Positions 1-12,500 of a DNA stretch of 64,000 nt are shown here, piece by piece. Below the pieces are notes generated by a model that had not been told where the DNA came from, did not search any database, and saw only the letters and a program-made list of their open reading frames with translations. Origin of the DNA: Magallana gigas (lineage: Eukaryota); NCBI RefSeq assembly GCF_963853765.1, contig NC_088861.1, positions 37,820,001 to 37,884,000 of the forward strand, written 5' to 3'. A program made the position numbers and the translations under genes. Position 1 is the first letter of the stretch. Each line of letters opens with the position of its first letter.

Positions 1-1471
<1,471 letters not shown>

Positions 1472-1721
1472 CTGAAATTCTGAAATATATATAGAGTGCG
1501 TTATATAAGTTTTAATAATTAATTTTTTTTTTAAAAATACATACATTTTTAAAATAAAACAATAATTGATATGATCCACTGTTCGGTTCTCTTTAAGTTT
1601 TCCAATATATCTAAAATAAAGTTTGTGTACCTCCTCAAAAATAAAAATAAAACCTAACAAACAACAGACTTGCAAGATATTTTCGGGGGTAAGGCAAATG
1701 CATTTCTGATGAACAAAATAC

Positions 1722-1886
1722 CTTCGACTTCAAAATACTTTCAGGAATAGGACTGAAAGATTTACCACTGGCAGATGGGATTAAAGAATTTATAAAACAT
1801 CTGTTTCGGAAGCCTCTACAAACTAAATAAGACCAATTAGAGGTCTTAAAAGCATTTGAAAAAAGAAATGAACGTAAAGTAGCCAT
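1722..1886 (-). CDS. Candidate first exon of HINT2 encoding a mitochondrial transit peptide
   Basis: MATLRSFLFSNAFKTSNWSYLVCRGFRNRCF... is Arg/Ser-rich and acid-poor and ends at AAG|GTATTT. This donor is phase 0 but the next exon needs phase 2, so the junction is unresolved. Confidence 0.4.
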
Positions 1887-2208
1887 CAGAATCAAAGTGA
1901 AAGTAGGTCATACTTTATTGATATAGTATCCCGTGCCCGACAGGAATTTCAAAGGACATAAAGGGGGGGGGGGCTAATATTCGGGTACATATACATGTAT
2001 ATACAATATTGTAAGAAAAATCGTTTCTTGTTAGTGAAGGTGATGGGGGGGGGGGGCACAATCATCAAATAGTCGTAAAATACAAATTCAAATTTAATAT
2101 TTTTTCATGATATAATAGCTAGAAGTTTACAAAAGGACAATTTCTAATTTTATTCAGTTTTAAAAATTTTAACAAATGATAATAAGAAAACATAATTTCT
2201 AAAGTTTT

Positions 2209-2276
2209 GGTGGTATCGAACCCACAATCTAAAAGGCTTAGATCTGCCTGGTGCTCTAACCGCTGAGCTTACAGTC
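2209..2276 (-). repeat. tRNA-derived segment (A and B boxes) inside an interspersed repeat; not a functional tRNA
   Basis: The minus strand reads ...agctcagcggttagagca...ggttcgatacc, resembling A and B boxes. There is no proper acceptor stem. Confidence 0.55.
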
Positions 2277-2282
2277 ACAATT

Positions 2283-2424
2283 NNNNNNNNNNNNNNNNNN
2301 NNNNNNNNNNNNNNNNNNNNNNNNNNNNNNNNNNNNNNNNNNNNNNNNNNNNNNNNNNNNNNNNNNNNNNNNNNNNNNNNNNNNNNNNNNNNNNNNNNNN
2401 NNNNNNNNNNNNNNNNNNNNNNNN
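2283..2424. other. Assembly gap (N run)
   Basis: Run of N. Confidence 1.
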
Positions 2425-3576
2425 ACTTGTATTATTTTTCTTAAAGGTTCAATTGTTGGGATACAAAATCATGTTTTAAAAGTATAGTGGCCCGGGTCAT
2501 CTCTCTACGTTTTTGCTGATTGCCATTAGACCTCATTTAGGCAATGGCAAAAGAAAAAGCATTGAAGTTCTAAAAATGACTCTATTTGGAGGATTTGTTA
2601 CGCAGACGCCAGTTTAAATCAACATATTCCAAGTATTTAACATATTTAAGTAGTACAAATTGATGTTATGTTTGATATTATAATACATTGTTTTGAATGA
2701 TTAAAAAATTTATCAGATTTGTCATTTGACATTTTAATTTTACTCTACATGTACCTTGTCTGTCTTCATATCGGCAATTTACACGCCTTATTCATCCATC
2801 TTCTTTTACGTGCTCCCCAAAAAGTAAAGGCGGGGAGTAACTCTGTGTGATTAATCAATTTTCTATCTGTAAATCTAAATAGGAAAAATGTTTGCTGCGA
2901 GAAAAAGTAGAGGCAGGGGCAGCTGCATGCACCCCCCCCCCTTTTTTATGCTTCGTGCCTGGTCATTATTTCCAAAAAAAAGTTATTTCTTGATTGTTTA
3001 TTTTCTTTTTCATTATTTTTTTTTTTTTGTCTTTTGTTTAATTTTGTCGTTGTTTGTTTTTTAAGACATTATTTATAGGCTAAGTATCGAAACAGATTCA
3101 AGTCCTTCGGGTTTTTTGAAACAGCGGTAATGATAAACAAACGCCGGAGAACTTTTGATTTACACTAAGTCTTACATGTGTAGGATTTAAAACTTAGAAA
3201 ATTTATTTTTAACTTTCTGTAACGTAGTTCTACGCCGCACAGACCCGTGTTAAACAACTTTAGATATTTATTTAAATGCAAGATAAAAAAAAAGAATAAA
3301 AGAAAGCTCGTTGCACCTAGATATGATTGCCGATCATGAGCATACAACTTTAAACTTTTCAATCGATTGATTTTAACCGTAGCTGTATAGTCAATTGATC
3401 TATACAATAAGAACGAAACGAGGGAATTTAAAAACCCTCAACCCGGTAGTAGAAATAAAAAGTTCACTTCTTGCCAAACCATTCGAAGATCGAAGTGAAA
3501 ATTGAGATATACAACTCTATAAAATTCCAGCATTCAATGATTGTGTAAAATTAACAATGATTAAGTAAATAAACGA

Positions 3577-6500
3577 ATGTGCTGCGGGATGGGATTTTTC
3601 CATGTAATATGGACGTTATTTCTACCTTTCCTATTTATATGTGTCTTATTCTCTACAAAATCGGGAACTGGTACGTATGAAATGAAAAAAAAATCTGTGT
3701 ATATAAATGTGTGTTCTGTAAATATATATTTTAATTCTTCATGACCTTCAAATGATTTGTTCATTACACATATACTAAGCCGTCACGTGGAATTTTGTGA
3801 TGTTCCGTAAAAATAAATCACCGTTATATATAATTAAATAAGAATTAAGAAAGGTCGATCTCTTGATAGATTTATATACTTATATCTGTAATTCTTTTAT
3901 CCGAGTAAACAAAGAACCTTCTTATGTGTTTACATCAAAAGATTTTTTTGATACTATAAATACGCATGTGTGTGTGTGCTTTTTTATTTTTTACTCAATA
4001 TGTTCTGAATTTTTCTGAATTTAGTTTTGCTGCAAATTTTGCTTTTATGATAAAAGTCTTTTTATGAATGTAACTGGATTAACCGCTAGTAATGATTCCA
4101 ATCAAAACAAATCATTACGTTTTAAAAGAAGAAAATCTTGCGTAATTATGAAATATATAGCTATTCGTTATTTTTACGACTGTAAAGTGCCAATTTGAGC
4201 AAATCTGGGTCCTCTAAAACCTCTAAAATATGACGACAGATATTCACAAATTATGATAATTTTTTTTTATCAATTCAGAGGGAAATTAAATTGCAAATAA
4301 TTACTTCATACGTAAAAAAATTCAGCTTAATATATTGATTTTAAATTAATGAAAACAGTAAAAACGATATCTATAAATCTTGATCAACAAAAATTTTGCA
4401 AACACCGCCATACATACACAGTTTTTGCGTAATAATAGTGTATTATGGACTTTTCAATATTTTTTGTATTATTATTTATTTTTTATATTTAATGAACATT
4501 GAAGTATTTTTGCATTTCTTTTTTTATTAATGTTCTAAGCAACCAAATCTCCACAAATTAATCACTTCCTGATTGACGGATTATAAATCTAGTTCAAAAT
4601 CCATTTCCTGACAAGGTATAGATTTAATACGTTCTCACCTAATCTGTCAAACCGATCAGCAGGCTATTGTACATAACTCAATTCAGTTTGGTTGCTATAT
4701 TTCATTCAAAGTTTTTTTTTAAAAATTGACTTTTAGATATCATATCAGTTTTTTTAACAAAAGAAAAAGAACGCTGATATAAATGATTAATAATATTTGC
4801 GAATGATTAATACAGAGATGCTACAACCAGAACACAAAAATACCGGTATGGGATTACCCTTTTTAGGAGTTCAGTTCACAAATTGGGTGTTTTTTGTTAT
4901 TTTGATTTTGTTATATATATATTTTTTTTTGGGGGGGGGGGGGGTTGAAAGGATTTTAAAAGGGTTTCTGTCAACTAAATGTACTTTAAACTTTTACAAA
5001 CAATAAACATTTTATGTATCTTTAAAATACATTCAATTTTAAGTAAATTTGTAGTTGAAAAATTTCACTTTCTTTTAGAGAATATATTCAGATTGCAACT
5101 ATAGGACATGTGTAGATAGCTAGTACACAATTTACAACAATAGAATCACATTTACATTTCACCGACCCATTTGTCCCTTTGGTTTACCTTTTAGATTATA
5201 TAATTAATGTTTACACAAGATAAGTCGCATGAAATGATTTAGACTTACACAAATATTTGGTGTTCTAGGTAGTTACAACAGCAGAGTGTCGTTGATGATT
5301 TTTCATTGAAATGTTTTCATTGACAGGCACATTTACATATTTGTTAATAATACTTTGAATATTTAAATGGGAGAACACCAGTCTACTTTTTTTACTAGTT
5401 AACACCCAATCTCCATCAAATTCCTCCGAACTTCAAACTTTATCTCCCCCCCCCCCCCCCCCCCCCGCCAACCCTTCCCCTCCGCGCCCGGTATCTGACC
5501 CCGCGTACAATTATTATTTGTAGTTTATTTAGGGTAAACAATTTTAAGCTAAATTAACCAAAATCATGGAGTTTTTATGAATTAACGGATGTTAAAACAT
5601 TTATACTGTAGATTGATGAGATATGTATAAGAAAATTGCAAGAAAAAGGTTTATTTTAATTCATCATTCATCAATTGTTTGTTTACACAGCATGGTTTTA
5701 TATTGTTCTTTGTCATTGTCTTGTATGAAATTAAATTTTAGAATCAATCCAAAACTCGTACTTAAGACTTAACTCTGTACTGCTTCATTTCAAAGGTATG
5801 TTTTTTATGTCTCTGGTATGACGTAATAGTCTGCATAAATATGAATTTTAAAGGGAGGAAAGGCCTTTAATAGATTGCATTTTATTTACCAGTTTATCTA
5901 TTAATTCATTGATTGATCTGCTGAGTAATTTAAGAAATAGTCCACATAATTGTTGTACAATTTTATTCATTTCTTTCCTTGTAATCGTCATTGTAAAAAA
6001 AAAATACATCTTAACGATGACGCAATGATCCATGGAATCCTCCCTCCATTTCTTTTTACCCATTTGTCTGAAAGTCATGCACTCAACATTACTTGTCATC
6101 GTTTTGATGACAAGCCAAACCATATTTGAACGAACGCATGAGTAGTAAATGCCCGATTTAGCAAACATTCTAATGCGTTTTTGGCAAACAGAATAAAGTG
6201 CGGCGAAAGAAGAAATCGTTGCATATTATGCACACGGTTTGCACATATAAACTCATCTCTCAAGATAACTACTGCATGCAGTTGTGAACTAGCGAAAGAG
6301 GAGTAAAAATCAACTTTCATTTGTAATTTATTGCATGCAATTGTCTCGGATAAGGGGGTATTTTACATCTTGAAATAAAAGTACAGCATATTCCACAGTT
6401 CTGAAATGAATTATATACGGGTTTCTTTGACCATGAAATGCATTCTGAAAATTCTTGTAAAGGAAAGAGGAATAAACCCTTCGCGTTTCTAACTCGTATC

Positions 6501-9500
6501 AAATTAGACATCGAGACTGTGAAAGGAGAAATGTGTTTCTACGTACATGTATCTACTTTAATTTCTAAGTAAATTTTATTATCTTCACGAATTTCTAATT
6601 TTGAACCGTTTATTATCCTGCAGGCATGTTCACGAAGCTATCTTAGGACTATGGTATGTCCTAAGTACATCTTAGGATACGTCTTAGTCTTAAGGATGAC
6701 GTTTACTCAGAATGAAAAAAAATTCCACTGATGATAATGAAAAACCAACTATTGTGTGTTATAAACCTTTTATTGTAGTGTTATTTTTCATTTTCAAAAA
6801 AGTAGGTCAATGACCTACTTTTTGAGTTAATGGCCATTGTATATTTTTGGAAAATTAAAGGAAAATCACTTAAAATTTTACACTATGATTGAGATTTTCT
6901 TAATTGTGAAAATAATACCAATTGCTAAACACTTTTGAAAATGAAATACAATTTATGAATGGCAGTGACACTAAATACATACAAAGCAGTAAGTTTTCCT
7001 TCACAATTTTTATAAATATTCCAGTCCGAATTTCCTCTATCACTTGTAACGTGTCTGCCTAAACACGCTAATAATTATAATGGGTCCCCTCAGATACCTT
7101 GCTGAGGTGTTTGATTTTTATGATAATTGTTTAAGATATATAATAATTTTCCTTATCGCTTGCCTAGCTTTTATTGATTCAAAACTCAATTAATTATAAA
7201 TATTTGAATGTATGGGCCGTAGCCGCACTCTTTGCGTCGTTCCGACACACCCCGTCGCTTCTATCAGTCACTTCAAGCGACCCGTCGCTTATATCGGTCG
7301 CTTCAAACAACCCGTCGCTTCTGTCGGTCACTTCAAAGCAACCCCACGAAGCACCCTCGTAACTGATAACAAATGTCAACTCGCTGAATCTAAGCAACGC
7401 TCACGAAGACAAGTTGCTTCTATACGCCAGTATTATTGTTCTGCAAATCGCTGAGCAATATTGACTTACGAACAATAAGCTTACCTTGAAGTATTCACTT
7501 CAGCGTCTACACTGCGACTGACTGCTGACTCACGGCATCTCGTATTTATACCCTTTGATCACGTGATCTGAGATACTCGGAACAATCAAAGAATCGGGCG
7601 TTTGCGACTTCAGAGTGTCTCTCGGTACTCATCATCCATTTTCATTTACCATTTATGTTACATTACCCACGCCTCCTTCTCAAGCGTCCTCGCTTGAATC
7701 CAGGAATAAAAACAAACAAGCAGTGTGTACAATTTTTCTTATTTACAATGATCGTAGATTATTTTTAACAATATTTTTAAACAAAAAGTTTCCCACAACA
7801 AGAAATGGTTATCTACCATTTTCGAACAACAAACAGAGTGTCTCTACACCATGTTCAGGCTCTTTTTCTTCTCAATCACCTTTACTTTCACTCCATTCTC
7901 CCACTTGGTTGTTACTTTCTTCGTGGAGTGTACATACAAAATTGGCTCTGTTTGCACGGCTACATCCCTTGTAGATGGCTCCAGATTGCTACTTTCGTTA
8001 CGAACTTTTTGATCTCGATTGGTTTCTTCGGATCTGCGACCAGTGAACAAGACAGGTTGAGTTTTCTTCCTCACTATTCTTCCGATTTCTAGTTCATTAT
8101 CTTCATCTTTTGCCATTGACTCTTCCTCTTCATCTGTCCCACTACACGATCCCAATAGAACTTCTTCTAGGTTGCCAGGGTCTTGCGTTTCCCATTCACT
8201 CGGGCTGTCATCCTCTTCTAAACCTGGTGTAGTGAGTGTGGATTCGATCCTTTCTGGGGCTTTCTCTAAAGACTGAGAGGGACTTAACTTCTGCTTTTTC
8301 GCTGGTGGCGTTACTGTAGCTGGTTGAGCGTGTCTCTTCATGTGTTTCAGAAGATAGCTGTTCTTCTTAAAGCGAACTCCACACGTCAGACATTTGTGTT
8401 TTTGGCCTGAGCATAAGATAACATGATCTTGCCAAGGCTCGTTTACTGGCTTGTCACAGAAAGGACATCCTTCCTGTTGCTTCGCTTTAGTTAACTTGGT
8501 ATTAGCCATGGGTTTGGTTCTGAAAGGATACAAAAACCAATTTAATATATTTACTAGTCCGAGACATGAATACTCTTAACTCACAGGCATATAAAACAAC
8601 AATTCAAAATTAATCAAAACCTAACACATAGTCTGACAAATAAGCAGGAGCGCGTCTGTTTCTAACAGATCGTTGCGGTAACTCTTGTTCAGCTTCAATA
8701 TTAATTAAACCCAACTTGTTATCATTTTCATCATCTATCTGATCACCAGATTCTCTTTCATCGAAATTTGACTCTAACTTAGGGACCTCCTCTTCATTAG
8801 TCAAAATCTGAGACTTAACCAACCTCATTCTATCAACATGTATCACTTGAGGAGAACCTTTGCTTCCACACGAAACTTTGTACGTGCATTCCGAGCACTT
8901 TTCGAGGACCAAAAACGGGCCCTGCCAAAAGCTTGTTAGTTTTGGCGATGTACCTAATTTTCTTCGCGGAAAATAAACGTAAACTTTATCTCCGGGGGAA
9001 AATATCTGCCACTTTAACTTTCTGTCGTGGTAACGCTTCTGTCGCAACATTTCTGCTTTTGTGTTTTCTCGTACGATGCGATGAGCTTGCTCCAGTCTCT
9101 CTTGGAGCAACCACGCCCATCGATTTTGTGGAATAGGTTTTCGTTGCACTTCCATTTCGTATACGAGATCTAACGGGGTAGTTGCTTCTCTACCGAGCAT
9201 AAGATAATTTGGACTGAACCCAGTAGTATCGTGAGGTATGGTAGCTGCTTGTCCCAATCGGTGTGATTTTGGTTTACACATGAACTTAGCATGGCCTCCA
9301 GAGTTCTGTTAAACCGTTCCACCATACCATCGGATTGTGGATGGTAAGGTGTAGTATGAGTTTTCTCTACTTGCAAAAGGTTGCATACCTCCTTAAACAG
9401 TTCACTCTCATACTGACGCCCTTGGTCCGAATGGATAGTGTATGGTACCCCCAATCTTACTATAACCTCCTCCACTATTATCTGGGCCACTGTTTTAGCC

Positions 9501-12500
9501 TCCATGTTCGGCATCGCGAAGCATTCGGTCCAACGAGTAAAATAATCGGATACCACGAGAATATACTTATTCCCTGAATCTGTCACGGGCAATTCACCCA
9601 TTATGTCCGTTGCTAACCTATCCATTGGAAACCCACTCTGCACAATCTGCATCGGCGCTCTCTGTCCAGCGAACGAAGGTTTTCTTTTCCCACAAACCTC
9701 GCACCCGTTCACGTATCTTCGAACATCCTTGTTCAGGCCGGGCCAATAAAACTTACTTCGTATCCTAGCTATCGTTTTATTTATCCCCAAGTGACCCGCT
9801 GTTCTTTTGTCATGACAATCCAGCAAGATGCGCCTCCTTTCCGACATAGGTACAACAACTTGTAAATTCTCTAATCCTGTGTCCGTGTCTTTTACTCGTC
9901 TGCAAACCAAATTGTTCTCTATAGTAAGTATATCTAACTGTGACCATAGTGAGCGTAAAAATACGCTTTGACTAGAGATCTCGCGAAACTTTGGCTTCTT
10001 TTCCTTGCCCATCCATTCTTTGACTAATTTAAGCTCTTTGTCATTATCTTGTATTGTCTTTATGTAAGGTTCGTCAAAAGCGAATTCTTTATCATCGGCT
10101 TTTGCCCTTCGAACATGCGGCTCTTTGTCATCATCAATATCATAGCCGCATTGCCTACAGGGTAGACGACTTAAAGCGTCTGCGTTCAGATGTTGCTTTC
10201 CTGGTCTGTGTTGTATTTCCATATCGAAGGTAGACAACACTTCAAGCCACCGAGCTAATTGACCCTCGGGATTCTTGAAAGTAGTCAACCATCTTAATGA
10301 GCTATGATCTGTCCGCAGAATGAATTTCCTCCCATAGAGGTAATGCTTAAAATACTTTGTGAAATACACCACAGCCAGGAGTTCTTTCCTTGTCACGCAA
10401 TATTGCCTTTCCGACTTTGATAGAACTTTGCTAGCATAAGCAATTACCCTCTCTTTACCTTCATGAACCTGTGATAACACAGCCCCCATTGCAAAATTAC
10501 TTGCGTCGGTGTCCAATATAAACGACTTGTTAAAGTCGGGATGTGCAAGTACTGGGGCGCTTATCAGGGCGGTTTTCAATTGATCGAAGGCAGTTTGACA
10601 ATCTGTACTCCATGTAAAAGAATCAGTGTTGTTCTTCTCTGTCAATTTGTGTAAGGGTTTTGCAATACCGGCAAAGTTTTTAACAAACTTCCTGTAATAT
10701 CCGCATATGCCCAAGAATGAGCGAAGTTCGCTGACATTGGCTGGTGCTTTCATTGTTTTGATTACCTCTACTTTCTTGCTGTCTGTAGTTATTCCTTTGT
10801 CGGATATGACATGCCCAAGATATTCTACAGACCTAGAGAACAAAGAACACTTCTTCGCTTTCAATTTTAGTCCAGCGCCAGCCAACCGACCAAACACTTT
10901 TGAAAGATTCTCTACCATCTCTTCGAATGTTTTGCTGATGACCATAATATCATCTAAGTAAATCAAACAAATTTCCCAGTTCAACCCGGCAAGTACGGTT
11001 TCCATAAGCCTCTCGAATGTTGCTCCAGCATTGCAGAGACCAAACGGCATTACCCGAAATTGAAATAAACCTTTTCTTGTCGCGAAGGCTGTTTTCGGCT
11101 TATCCTCAGGCTCCATTTCTACTTGCCAGTAGCCCATGCACAAATCGAGAGTTGAAAACCATGACGCACCGCTCAGACTATCGAGCATGTCATCAATGCG
11201 CGGCAGAGGGTACGCATCTTTTAACGTTGCCGAATTTAAACGCCGGTAATCTACACAGAAGCGTGTAGAACCATCTTTCTTCTTGACAAGAACAACCCCA
11301 GAGGCCCAGGGACTCGAAGACGGCTCTATGACATTTCGCCGTAGCATATCGTCTACTAATTTATCTGCCTCTTCCCTCATGTGGACTGGGAGTCGCCTTG
11401 GTGGTTGCTTTATAGGACGAGCATCTCCAGTGTCAATTTTATGTTTGACTACGTTTGTTCTCCCGAGATCGTTATCTGAACTAGCAAACAAAAAGGCATA
11501 GTTCTCAATAAGCTTATCCACTGACTTTCTTTGCTCTTGATTCAACCTGTATTTCGTGACTTCACTCAGAGTTTCAAGTTCCCTTGACCAAGTCATTTGG
11601 TGGTCGGTCGCTTTTGTAGTCTCTAACACTTTTTCGACTGGACAAAGTTGTCCAATGTTAGTCCCTTTATAAATAGTTTGAGGATCTTGTGAAAGATTCA
11701 TAAACCGAACAGGTACTCTAGTTTCACTGTTTACTAAAGTCCTCCCCACCAGACTTCTATTAGTCGTAATCAAACAGTCCTTTGGCTCTACGATCCCCAA
11801 ACCACTGCAAAGGTTTACCCCATCTGGCACGCACACATCACAAGTTGTGATGATTTCACTTCTAGCTGGAACAACGAACGATTCTGAAGCAACAACTCTG
11901 TAACACCCTAGCGTACCTTCAAGCAACAACGAGTGTTTCTCTCTGCCGATGCTTAATACCTTCTTAGGTATATCTAACGAACATTTATGTTCAGTCATGA
12001 AATCTAAGCCAATGATTCCATCCACAGTAATGTCTGATATTACTATTTGTGAAAGATATTCCCTATCACCCAATTGAATATTGGTCACAATCTTTCCTAA
12101 CACCCTCAAAGATCTGCCTTCAGCGGTCATAATATCTTGCTTTACTTTGTCTATAGCAAAGGTGCCATTTGATTGTTGAACTCTGTCGTAGGCTCTTTCC
12201 GAAAGCAAGGTAACAGTCGCTCCTGTATCTACCAACATTTTTATCTCAGTTCCGCCTATGCAGACAACGGCATACATTCCGGCCTCACTCGGTCTATTAA
12301 ATGCCACTGAAGGTTGCTTAACTTCTTCCTCTGGTCTAGTTTTTGCTGCACTAACTGATGCAGGACGTGGCGCTTTAGGACCATAGTTGCTTTCTACTGG
12401 ACGTTTTCTATTCTTTTGCTTTGATGGACATTGTCTGCTTATGTGTCCTTCTTCATGGCAATTGTAACATTTTATTGTTTTCGGCAAGTGTCTTTGCTTA

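Noticed and set aside
2209-2276. Possible tRNA genes here and at 52066-52133
   Set aside because: A and B boxes are present but there is no acceptor stem or proper cloverleaf; both lie within repeats.
5848-6320. Overlapping minus-strand ORFs in a slightly GC-richer patch
   Set aside because: No consistent splice sites or domain pattern found in any frame; possibly an old TE remnant.
7174-7454. Short ORFs in both LTRs (62, 67 and 80 aa, duplicated at 13812-14092)
   Set aside because: They arise from the 30-bp tandem repeats and have no recognisable domain; the duplication only reflects LTR identity.
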